A DNA stretch of 64,000 nt from positions 496,001-560,000 of the forward strand of contig NIVC01000254.1 of NCBI GenBank assembly GCA_002269645.1, written 5' to 3'. Position 1 is the stretch's first letter. Each line of letters begins with the position of its first letter. Positions 1-9,238 of this stretch are shown piece after piece. Both the position numbers and the translations under genes were made by a program. The notes beneath the pieces are model-generated. The model did not search any database, had not been told where the DNA came from, and worked only from the letters and a program-made list of their open reading frames with translations. Source of the stretch: Macrostomum lignano. Its lineage: Eukaryota.

Positions 1-66
1 TAAAACGAGAGTTGCACAAACACCACGGACCCAAGTTTAGTGTAGGGCAGGTATGCATATACGATA

Positions 67-136
67 CAAGGACTACTTAAGTATCGTTTATAGAAGGACG
101 CTGCACTCGCGGTTCGTGTAATTTTTTTTGAAGGCC
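67..136 (+). repeat. P-element left terminal inverted repeat (carries a 9-bp insertion)
   Basis: Matches the reverse complement of 5022-5082 apart from an extra TCGTTTATA and a few inner mismatches. Confidence 0.9.
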
Positions 137-1138
137 AATTTTCGCCGAAAAATACATTAACGAGATACAAAAAATTCACGATTTTCATCTTCAATGGCTT
201 GCTCAGACTGACTACAACCCTGCTGAAAAGAAAAAACTGCTGAAACTTATCAAAAAGACCTAGTGTATTCGCTCCTCTATTGTATTTCGCCAAGTTAGTG
301 TCCTTGACACGTTTACTTTTAAATACTTCGTATTTTTTCGAGGGTTTTCAATTCTGTAATGTTAAATGTTAAAGGTTGGATTAAAGTGTTAGTTTCTCTC
401 AATAATCAGTAGTTTCTTTAGCATTCTATGATGACTGCTTTCTATGTCTTTATTTTTTTGGTAAATTTAAATTAGCTATAGACATTCTATATTAAATGTT
501 AGTCTATACCCTGGCTATGCCTGATATATAATAATATCTAGGGCCTACTATGCTTTTTTAGCATGTTCTACAAAAATGTTGTGTAGAAAGGACCTACTGA
601 TTAGTTTATGAGTAGATCGTTATAAAGTATTATTCTTAATTTGAAGGTAGATAGATATTAGATACTTGCATATTGTATAGAAGGTACTAATTTTACTATT
701 CTGTCAAATATCTGTAGATTAGGCTTCTTAAACGGTTCTACTGGATACAAAAGTTCTATTTTCAGACTTGTCTTGAAACTTTATATTTTATTTAAATGAT
801 AGGCCTAACAACATATTGAATTTATTTCTGCTGTTTGGAGAGCAGTTTTTTAACCTAGTCTAGTTTAATGGAACCAAGATATATTCAATACTCAGGCCTT
901 GCATTGAATTTAAAATATAAATATTTATATATAGAAAGTGATTCTAAAGGAAAATGCGTATAATAGACTTTAGAAGACAAATTTTCAACTTTAGTAATAC
1001 TATTGAAGTGATTTAGTATAGAATTGATTATATTGGCCTGTTGGGATAAAAGCAATACAGTATTGTAGCAATTTTTTTACTAGATATAATGTATAGAAGC
1101 TGTATATATTTCTTTTTGTTAGCTTCAGAATTTCTGCA

Positions 1139-4073
1139 ATGCCAATGAAATGCTGTCTTCCAAAGTGTACAAGTAACTACAAATCTGGTGAGAAGGTGAC
1201 AGTGTATAGCTTTCCAAAGGATAAAGAAGACTACAGCATGTGGATCCGAGCTTTGCCACCAAATGTTAAGGTATGGTGCTATTGCTGCTATTGCATATTC
1301 TTGTCTTGCTTAATTCACATGCTAATGGAACATTAGTACAATATGATATAATACTTACTGTTTTAGAGTCCATCTAAATACATGGGCATTTGCCAAAAAC
1401 ATTGGCCAACAAATGCACCAATGTTAAAGGTCAAGCGATTCATGCGCCCTATGGACCCACCAAGTGTATTCCCAAATCTTCCAACAGGCTCTCTTCGCCT
1501 GACTGAGCCAAGTAAGTATATCTCATAGCAAGGTTAAATATTACAGTTTGTACCAAATGATAGGCTTTCTATAATATTTTACTTAATTAAGTTTTTGTCT
1601 GATTTCATACCTTACATATTATTATTCTTACTTCAGAGCACTCTAGAGATGTTCAACGCCGCGGTATTCTGTTAAACCAGCGGGCTCAAATTGCTGATGA
1701 AATGGACTCATTCAATGAGACTGATCGGATTCACTCATGGAGTTCCTTTGTTGAGAAATCTGCCACCCTTGACTTCGTTGCAAATGAGTGGATAGTGCAG
1801 CGTGACGAATCATGTGTGCGATTTGTCCTTCTTTGGGAACTAAGAGTTGAATGCTCAATTTCAGTCATGTCCGACTTTTCTGTTATTGCAAATCGTCATA
1901 ACACCCCAGTGTCAGTGTCTGAGCTGCTGGGTTTTCAACATCGACTTGAGCGCTACAGCCAATTGGAAGCAGTACAAAATAAAGTTCGACAAGCTGAAGT
2001 AAATCCAATCAAGGAATTCAATGCATATTTGGACGCACTACAGCCACTTTGTCAGGAGCTGCAGAACCCGCGCCATTCATTCCTTGTTCGACAGCTGCAA
2101 CTGAGTGTTGTTCAGCATCATGGCGTACGGTATGCTGCAAATGATATAATGACAGCTGCCAGAATGTACTTCACCAGTCGTGCTGGCTATCGTGCAATGA
2201 GAGAGTTCGCCTGTCTACCACATCCAGACACTCTCAAACGTCATCTGGGTGGACTTGGCAGCATTGGAACCGACACCGACTGTCAGCAAATTGTCAAGTC
2301 GAATTTCGAACACAACACACCGTCTCAGTGCCTGTGCTCAATCATCTTTGATGAAGTGTATGTGCAACCTTCACTTCGTCTCAAAGGTGTCCATGTAGTT
2401 GGCTTTGCTGAGGATGTTCCACAGAAGCTTGCTCGGACTATTCTCGCCATTATGGTAAAACCATTTATGGGCGCACCTGCGTTTGTTGCCAGACTTGTGC
2501 CAATCTATAGTTTACAGCCTGCGTTTTTACACAGACAGGTTGTACGACTTATTGAAATTGTCCACGGCTGTGGTGGTACAGTTGTGAGCTTGATTTGCGA
2601 TAATCACTTCACTAACCAGAACTGTTTCAAACTGTTTCATTGCGACACAAACACACCATGGCTTGCCGAAAACCCTGCAGACGCAGAGAAACCATTGTTT
2701 CTGTTGTTTGACACAGTGCATTTGTTTAAGAATATAAGAAATAATTGGTTCACTCAAGCGCACAAGGAGATCGATTTTCACCCATCAGCAGATAAGCAGG
2801 AACGTGTTTGCCGAGCACGCTGGAATGATATTGTTGAAATCGAGGAGCGATCCCGTGGACAAGTAGTTCGCCCGACTTCAGTCAACTCTGTCGCGTGCAA
2901 TCCGTCTCCACTGGAGCGACAAAAGGTGTCACTAGTTGTCGACATCTTCAACGAGAAGACGGTTGCCGCACTTCGTGTTAACGGTCGCCATGACTCAGCC
3001 GACTTTGTGGACCATGTGGTCACCTTTTGGAAAATAGTTAATGTTAAATCACCAGAATCACACGTTGCCTTGAATGACAAACTTAGGGCTCCAATTACGT
3101 CGGAAGAATCTAGCAGCTTGACACATTTACTTAATTTCTCCGCACTGGTGGAGCGCATGCCGGGTGGACGAGGTGCGGGACGCGGTCGGTCGCTCACCAC
3201 AGAGACGCGCAACGCTTTAATCCAGACAACAAGAGGTCTGGTGGGCCTCAGCAGACACCTTCTAACCAACCATCGATTTTCTTACGTTCTTCTTGGTGAG
3301 TTCTTTGCATTATTTACATGCAGCAATCAGTTTTTGAATAATTGTTGCTAGGGAATGAATTTAATGAATTGTGGGGATGCAGGTCACGGCTATCTAATGG
3401 GTCACGAAATTGTCTTTAAGGTGTACTGCAATCAGACAGATTGGAGGCCGAGTTCGCTCTCTACCGCCAGGGCCACGGCGGGTGTTACTACATAACAGTC
3501 GAGCAAGTTATGGCCAGTGCTCGGCTGCACCGAATGAAATTGTACGGAGCGCTTCAGAACAGCTTTGAGGCTCATGAGCCGGCGACATGCTGTTCCGATG
3601 GGATGAAGGACTCTGATCTAGAGGTGTTTGATCAGCTTCAAGACAAGATCAGCCACAATACAGATGAGGAGAATGCTTCTTTGTACTATATTTCCGGTTA
3701 CGTTGCTGCTAAAGAGCATCTTCCAGAAGTTTTTGAAGCATTTGCAACTGAGTTTCCTGGCGGTAGCGAATTTACATCGCTGCTATCTCGTGGCAAGCTC
3801 CGGCACCCGCCAGAGTGGCTTTTAGTTTTCTCCAGCCTGTGCTATGCTTTTTTCTCCTCTGTCAAGATCCACTGCGTCAACTATTGTGTCCGATCTTTTA
3901 TTAACGTTTTTGAAGCTTTCATGGATGTAACTGTTTCAGATCCAGCTCAGGTTAGCCGCATTTCCAGGAGGTTAGCTAACACATTTTTTAAAGGACTCGT
4001 GCGTCGTGATTCGGACCATGTACGAGAGACGCCCGGCAGTGGACGGCGTCTGCGAAAGTTAGCATCAAGTTAG
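1139..4073 (+). CDS. P-element (THAP9-like) transposase, 4 exons: 1139-1270, 1367-1511, 1637-3295, 3421-4073 (about 862 aa)
   Basis: THAP C2CH zinc finger (CCLPKC...ICQKHW), catalytic IIFDEV, LICDN and QSDRLEAEF, and FDTVHLFKNIRNNW. All introns are GT-AG with compatible phases (0,1,1), and the spliced frame has no premature stop. Confidence 0.93.
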
Positions 4074-5021
4074 TTATGAGCTGTTTGTACGCTTTTTGAG
4101 AAATCCGTGACATTCTATCAACACACCGAGTTCGTATAAAACTTGAACACCCATTGTACACTTAGACACCTCTAATTTAAACAAACGAAGTGGACACTGG
4201 AAAATATCGAAATATCCAACCAAAAATGCAATAAGCCAAAATCGGAGGCAACATAGCTCGTAGAATTGAAGCGAACATTGTTAATTGATTGAGCATGTAA
4301 TTTGACCCATAGTCCATGGTTGTCCATGTTTTATACAGACCCAATTCACATTCACGTCATTGAATATGCTTATGCTTTCATAAGTTGGTTTATGCATCTG
4401 TTGCTGCTTTCATACGTTGGTTTAAACATTTGTTGCTGCTTTCATAAGTTGGTTTCTGCATTTTACTGCTGTTGCCTACCCAATAGTTGCCACAGTTTCT
4501 ATACACTATACACTATACACAGTCTTATATTTGCAGCCTTACATACATATTTGCCTTACTGTAGCTATCAATTGAGATTAAAGTACAATGAGCTGCTGTG
4601 CAACAAGCAACCAGTTCAGTTCAACATTTTTTGTTTCCAGTCCAACAACGATACATCGATTGTTATCAGCACTGGCATTGTGCCAGTTTCTCTGCTTTTG
4701 CTCTTTGTTATTTTATTGTTGAAAAGATCAGGGATGGCTTTTGAAAAGTACAGACTGACGGGCTTCGTTCTTTGTTAATCTCATCTCATTTTAATTGGAT
4801 TACATTAGCTCAATTGTCGGAATTATCCTTTAAATATCCTAGCTTTATTGTTCTATAATAAAGAAGGGGGTAACAGTACCTTGCTGTACATTTCTCGCGA
4901 ATACATGTAGTTGCAGCCGAAACTGTTCACTCATCTAAAAGAGGAATAAATTCTGAGCAACCCCGTGAAAAAACTAGACCTCTACATGCAACCATTTAAA
5001 AATAACAGCATTTTGAAAAAT

Positions 5022-5082
5022 GGCCTTCAAAAAAATCTACACCATTCGGGAGTGCAGCGTCCTTCTACTTAAGTAGTCCTTG
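5022..5082 (-). repeat. P-element right terminal inverted repeat
   Basis: Reverse complement reads CAAGGACTACTTAAGTAGAAGGACGCTGCACTC...TTTTTTTGAAGGCC. Confidence 0.9.
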
Positions 5083-5924
5083 ATACGATATACTTCTAAA
5101 CCAATGATTTTCTAGAAAATTCCAGCTTAGGTTTTTAGTTTTATCCACTAACTAGCAATTTCCAGTTTTTTTTTTACAATTAAAGGTAAAAACGTGGCTC
5201 CAAGACCAAGATGTCTACACACTGCATAGAGATAAACGCAAAAACTTTTGTCGAGCACCGATTGTGGTGCGGGGCATGGATGACCAGTGGGAACTGGACC
5301 TTGTTGAAATGCTGCCGTTCGCTAAGTACAATGGCGGCGTACGATATATTCTATGCTGCATTGATGTGCTCAGCAAGTTTGCCTGGGTTCAGCCAGTGCG
5401 CCGCAAGACAGCCGAGGAGGTTGCAGCCGGATTCGAAGCGATCCTAAATCGAGCTCACCCTCGATGCCCACGAGCAGTTCGGACCGACCGTGGAAAAGAG
5501 TTTTGCAACACCCAGTTCCGAGCCCTCTGCGTAAACCACAAAATTCATGCATTCACATCAAGTAGTGACCAGAAATGCGCAGCCATTGAGAGATGGAACC
5601 GCACACTGAAATCCCGAATGTGGCGGTACTTCCTTCACAAGTCAACATTAACCTGGACCGATGTGCTTCAACCCTTAGCAAAAGCATACAACCAGAATAT
5701 TCATCGGAGTATTCAAAGCCGACCAGTTGATGTCGACAAGTCAAACGAGATGGAAATTTGGCAGCGGCTTTACGATGGGAAGCTTCCTGAGACTCGTGAA
5801 AAGGTCTCCAGACCAAAGTTCAAGGCAGGAATGATGGTGCGAATCTCTCTTCGCAATCTGGCCAACCCATTCACCAAGGGATACACAAGGGGATGGAGTG
5901 AGGAAGTATTTGAAGTCAAGTCCC

Positions 5925-6185
5925 TCCACCCCAATATTGAGTAAAAATATGAAGAGCTGGTTAAAGAAAACTAAACCGACGCGGATGGTGCTACAATGGA
6001 ATACGGTCCCTGTTCAGCCCAGTTCGTCAACTCTATGCGGCTGGTATTGCATTTTTTACTTGATCCATCGACTACATAAGAGAATGTCATATAATGCCTT
6101 GTTCATCAAGGTTTTGCACCCGGCAGCTGTGGCTCAAAACGATGCAATCATACTCAGACTCAAAAATCAGTTGCAAGGTGTTTGA
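5925..6185 (+). pseudogene. Adenain-type (Polinton) cysteine protease, C-terminal fragment only
   Basis: WNTVPVQPSSSTLCGWYCIFYL contains the Q..S..CG.YC catalytic Cys motif and a downstream ND motif. The N-terminal His/Asp part is missing; the fragment abuts the integrase. Confidence 0.75.
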
Positions 6186-6801
6186 TTCCAGACTGCGGAT
6201 GGGAGGCTGCATGATGGTTTCGGGCCCTTCTCGAGCGGGAAAATCAACATTCTGTTTGCGGTTGCTGTCCCAACGACTGCTTCTGTTCGACCAACCTCCC
6301 AAGCGGATGATTTGGTATCACGGATGCCCGCAGCCGGAACTCCACACGACTCTGCGGCGGCTAGGAGTGCAAGTATGTGAAGGATTATCGAATTTGGATC
6401 TGCAGCCCCATGACCTGATTGTGATTGACGATTTACTGGATGAAGCAGCTGCAAGTCGAGAGCTACGACATCTGTTCACCCGTGAGGCTCACCACAAGCC
6501 CTGCTTTGTCATTCTCATCACGCAAAATCTATTTTTCAAAGGCAGAGAGTGGCGCACAATTAGCATAAATTGCACCTACATTGTGTTGTTCAACAACCCC
6601 AGAGACGCCTCTGCGGTCCAAGCTTTAAGTCAGCAATGCTTTCCCAAACGGCGCACTCTGCTAGTAGAACTGATGGATCGATTGGTGCGAGATGGAGATC
6701 AGCGCTATCTGCTGCTTGATTTTCACCCCGCTTCACCCCATGAACTGCGCCTGAGAGCCAATTTTCTCCCCGATGAGGCCCCGCAGCGAGTTTATCTATA
6801 A
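6142..6801 (+). CDS. Polinton/adintovirus A32-like (FtsK-HerA) genome-packaging ATPase
   Basis: FDSRL, Walker A GPSRAGKST, Walker B LIVIDDL, FTREAHH...ILITQNLF and RTISINCTYIVLFNNPRD. First in-frame ATG is at 6142. Confidence 0.92.
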   Translation: MQSYSDSKISCKVFDSRLRMGGCMMVSGPSRAGKSTFCLRLLSQRLLLFDQPPKRMIWYHGCPQPELHTTLRRLGVQVCEGLSNLDLQPHDLIVIDDLLDEAAASRELRHLFTREAHHKPCFVILITQNLFFKGREWRTISINCTYIVLFNNPRDASAVQALSQQCFPKRRTLLVELMDRLVRDGDQRYLLLDFHPASPHELRLRANFLPDEAPQRVYL

Positions 6802-6816
6802 GAATGGCTCAGTCTC
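6797..6816 (+). promoter_or_regulatory. TATA-containing motif TATAAGAA-TGG-CTCAGTCTC upstream of ORF 6832
   Basis: 35 nt before the ATG; the same bipartite motif recurs at 7664. Confidence 0.45.
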
Positions 6817-6831
6817 TGCACTGAGTTAAAC

Positions 6832-7164
6832 ATGGATAAACACATTGCACTAATAACTGTCTTTTGTGAGGGCACTATATCCTTGCGTCGCTGCATACTT
6901 ACCTATGCAAATAAAAGCACCATTTGCTTTTTGGTCGAGTGTATTATCAACTTACTAGCAGGAAAAGTTGGCTGTGAAGATAGCTTGAAGCGGAGACTCA
7001 GGCGATATCGAAATACTCTCCGGCTTGTTGCACAAAGCAAAAGTGTGAAAGAGGCTCGGCGCAATCTCTCACACCCGCATATCCTTCGTTGTCTTCCTCT
7101 GATTCTCACCTGTATAAAAAGACATGTACAAGGAAATGATACTGGTACCCCGGTTGCAGTATGA
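6832..7164 (+). CDS. Conserved small basic Polinton protein (the ORF typically next to the ATPase)
   Basis: Pattern LVECIINLLAGKV...LKRRLRRYRNTLRLVA resembles the recurrent Polinton motif ICECALNVLKGNV...KLKRHK..LR.LA (recognised from memory). Confidence 0.7.
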   Translation: MDKHIALITVFCEGTISLRRCILTYANKSTICFLVECIINLLAGKVGCEDSLKRRLRRYRNTLRLVAQSKSVKEARRNLSHPHILRCLPLILTCIKRHVQGNDTGTPVAV

Positions 7165-7720
7165 GGCACTTGTGAATCAGAGGGGCATGGAGACAGTCTG
7201 TGAACCCGAGCTAGAGGCGGAAAAACGGTTGCGCAAGATTAGGGACGAGCGTTGCGTGCAGCAGCTGCAGGCAAGTGCGACCCAAGAACAGCCTCCAGTA
7301 ATTCACAAAGAACCGCAGTGGAAGGAGGTTTTATATCTGACGGTGAATCAGAAATGGCATCATCGTCTGCAGGCATTGATTAGCTTCATAACCGTAAAGT
7401 GCAAGTCGATTAGCATAGATGATACGTATGAAGTTTCTGTCAATGGTAAACCGTTGTACAACTTAAATATCGTGGACCTGCTGCATTTCATAGTTAAAGA
7501 TACGTACTCTAAGTACCTTCAGCCACCGAATGGGATTAATGAGTTTGTTACGTGTCTTCAAGAAAACCACGTGCCTCTGTCTGCAGTTGGTCTGAACACT
7601 ACAAAATTGCTGGAAAAGCCTCGGGAAGAAAAGTCTAGTCCTAAAAAACCTCGACTGCAAGACTATAAGAAGACTCAGTCTCAGAAAGGATACGGCAAGT
7701 GGATCAAGTGGCCAAGATGA
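7124..7720 (+). CDS. Conserved uncharacterised Polinton core protein
   Basis: N-terminal MILVP, then GKPLYNLNIVDLL...PPNGINEFVTCLQENHVP, which matches the remembered Polinton family pattern G..I.GSNI.DL...P.G...F...L...NVP. Confidence 0.7.
   Translation: MYKEMILVPRLQYEALVNQRGMETVCEPELEAEKRLRKIRDERCVQQLQASATQEQPPVIHKEPQWKEVLYLTVNQKWHHRLQALISFITVKCKSISIDDTYEVSVNGKPLYNLNIVDLLHFIVKDTYSKYLQPPNGINEFVTCLQENHVPLSAVGLNTTKLLEKPREEKSSPKKPRLQDYKKTQSQKGYGKWIKWPR
7664..7682 (+). promoter_or_regulatory. TATA-containing motif TATAAGAA-GA-CTCAGTCTC upstream of ORF 7717
   Basis: 53 nt before the ATG; shares 17 nt with the motif at 6797. Confidence 0.45.
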
Positions 7721-8538
7721 TTGTCATTGATTTTGAAGGATTTCCGCACCTCTACAAAACAGAGGACTTTGTGATTAAGGAAATTGCATGGGTTGAGTTT
7801 GCATGCGGTCAAACGACGGCTCATTACTATTGCTACCGACCGCCGCACAGCTTTGAGCTCTTTGATCGAGGACAGCGACGAACCTGCTACTGGCTCACCA
7901 ATAAGCGGCACGGTCTAGACTGGGACAGGAGTGGGTTCCGACCCTACTCTTGTCTCTGGAGCGATATCTCTCACTTGCAAGGCCCGATATTTAGCAAGGG
8001 GGATGTCAAGTGCCAGTTCCTGTCGCGTCTGCTGCTACAGCCTGTCTACGACCTCGCACACCTGGCCTTTCCGAGTGCCTCGAAGTACGTGCTACCCTAC
8101 GCCCTGGCCAAGGTGGCGCTGTACGCTGATTGGCTGCGGCCTCGCGGCTACGGGTCTATAAAAGTAGCGATCTGCAGCAGGCACTGGCATTTCTCTCGAT
8201 TGTCTAAAGATGGCCGCAGCAATTCGCGTAACAAACATCGTGACAGGAGCCGACCTGGCGACCCGGGTGGCTCTGCCACAACTAGCGAATTTCCTGACTC
8301 TTCATCTGCCTCAGTATCACACAATCCGCCATCGCCTGGTTCATCCTCGAACACTGGCTGTGGTGATGAAGAGCGGGCAGCATCGAGTAACCGCGCTGGT
8401 GTATCCGACCGGACAAGTGTCTGTCTGTGGAGCCAAAAGCATGGAGGAAGCTCTCGCAGAGACGGAGAAGATTGTGAAGCTGTGTGCGGACTTCTTGCGA
8501 TTGACCAGTCTGCCCCAGGTTCGCATCAAGACTATTAA
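7717..8538 (+). CDS. DEDD/DnaQ-like exonuclease-fold protein of the type found in Polinton-like elements; long tail overlaps the TBP-like ORF
   Basis: MIVIDFEGF...FVIKEIAW...RPP...WLTNKRHGLDW..G.RPY...SKG..K..FL. The recognisable domain ends near 8150; the rest is hydrophilic and low-complexity. Confidence 0.65.
   Translation: MIVIDFEGFPHLYKTEDFVIKEIAWVEFACGQTTAHYYCYRPPHSFELFDRGQRRTCYWLTNKRHGLDWDRSGFRPYSCLWSDISHLQGPIFSKGDVKCQFLSRLLLQPVYDLAHLAFPSASKYVLPYALAKVALYADWLRPRGYGSIKVAICSRHWHFSRLSKDGRSNSRNKHRDRSRPGDPGGSATTSEFPDSSSASVSHNPPSPGSSSNTGCGDEERAASSNRAGVSDRTSVCLWSQKHGGSSRRDGEDCEAVCGLLAIDQSAPGSHQDY
8129..8164 (+). promoter_or_regulatory. Putative Pol II promoter of the TBP-like ORF (inverted CCAAT plus TATAAAAG)
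   Basis: ATTGG at 8129-8133 and consensus TATAAAAG at 8157-8164, 53 nt before ATG 8210. Confidence 0.55.
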
Positions 8539-8809
8539 CTCTGTGACGGCCTTTCCCGCGGGTCGGCATCCACTCCGGTTGGGGGAAGTCAAGTCTAAAT
8601 GGCCGCATCGGGCCACCTACGAGCCGGAAATGTTTAACGGACTTGTGCTCGAGTTTACTGCCTCTGTAAAGTTGATTTTGTTTCATTCATATCGCTGTAT
8701 AATAGCTGGTGCTCGCAGCGTGGTTGAGGCTCAGACTGCAGCTGATGCCCTCTCCCGCATTTTGCTACCAGATCAAGCATCCGAACCTACTTTGCTGGAC
8801 TCTGACTGA
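8210..8809 (+). CDS. Divergent TATA-binding protein (TBP)-like factor, intronless, encoded inside the Polinton
   Basis: Two TBP repeats: IRVTNIVTGADL...TALVYPTGQVSVCGAKSMEEA and IKTINSV...YEPEMFNGL...LILFHS..CIIAGARS. These align with TBP NIV..DL, TALIF.SGK...TGAKS and YEPELFPGL...LIF.SGK..LTGAK. Confidence 0.88.
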   Translation: MAAAIRVTNIVTGADLATRVALPQLANFLTLHLPQYHTIRHRLVHPRTLAVVMKSGQHRVTALVYPTGQVSVCGAKSMEEALAETEKIVKLCADFLRLTSLPQVRIKTINSVTAFPAGRHPLRLGEVKSKWPHRATYEPEMFNGLVLEFTASVKLILFHSYRCIIAGARSVVEAQTAADALSRILLPDQASEPTLLDSD

Positions 8810-8859
8810 GCTCCTCTACGGCATAACAGTAGTAGTGAGATCTGCCTATGCACCGAGTA

Positions 8860-9238
8860 ATAATAATAATAATAATAATAATATTTTTCCTATAACTTTA
8901 CTTCTATATTTTTGTGTACAAAATATAAGAAAAAATAAACGCGAATGCGACTATGTTTGTGCAACAATGCTTACGAAAATGAAATGTTTTTTTTTTGTTT
9001 ATTTTATTGGCAGGTCCATGGATTGAAAAGCATAAAATTACATTTTAAAAGCTCGTATTAGCACAAAAAAGTTTATTAAGAATGGAAGGGCAGTATTAAG
9101 GCCCGTCGCCTGTATTTACAAAACAGTATTATCGCCCGGAATCAAAGCATGATGGGGCAATATTATAGCCAGTATTGACAAAGCAGTATATACAACAGTG
9201 CATGATCAGTACTATGGTTCAAAACTATATTAAAAACG
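8860..9238. terminator. AT-rich convergent 3' region with polyadenylation signals on both strands
   Basis: AATAAA on plus near 8934, TTTATT (minus-strand AATAAA) near 8998-9006 and 9072, and a (TAA)n run. It lies between the convergent TBP-like and PC4-side ORFs. Confidence 0.45.

Larger units (their letters stand above)
67..5082 (+). mobile_element. P-element superfamily DNA transposon, full length (5016 bp)
   Basis: Inverted termini CAAGGACTACTTAAGTA...GAAGGACGCTGCACTC, a perfect 8-bp TSD ATACGATA at 59-66 and 5083-5090, and an internal THAP/P transposase. Confidence 0.97.
51..5185 (+). other. Phase-0 spliceosomal intron in the integrase (111 nt once the P-element and one TSD copy are removed)
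   Basis: Donor CAG|GTATGC at 51, branch-point CACTAAC at 5146-5152, poly-T tract and AAG| acceptor at 5185. Unspliced read-through hits TGA, while splicing restores the conserved V.TWL..Q..YTLH motif in frame. Confidence 0.75.
3..5944 (+). pseudogene. Polinton retroviral-type (rve, DDE) integrase: spliced exons <3-50 and 5186-5944, C-terminally truncated
   Basis: Joining gives KRELHKHHGPKFSVGQ|VKTWLQDQDVYTLHRDKRKNF...DDQWELDLVEM...CIDVLSKFAW...VRTDRGKEF...AIERWNRTLK...YNQNIHRSI...PKFKAGMMVRIS...GWSEEVF. These are characteristic Polinton integrase motifs with D-D-E. The ORF stops just after WSEEVFEVK and lacks the usual C-terminal part and chromodomain. Confidence 0.85.

Noticed and set aside
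1-50. PKFSVGQ read as the C-terminal PKF.VG motif of a second integrase
   Set aside because: It splices in phase onto VKTWLQ..YTLH and fits the integrase N-terminus better; the true C-terminal PKFKAG motif is at about 5813.
2778-3269. 163-aa antisense ORF in the transposase
   Set aside because: Shadow of a long open sense frame; no motif.
4302-4778. 158-aa hydrophobic ORF in the P-element 3' region
   Set aside because: TTG start, AT-rich, no domain, no supporting splice or promoter context.
8210-8809. TBP-like ORF as the host TBP or TRF2 gene
   Set aside because: Intronless, far too divergent for a host TBP, and enclosed by Polinton genes and terminus.
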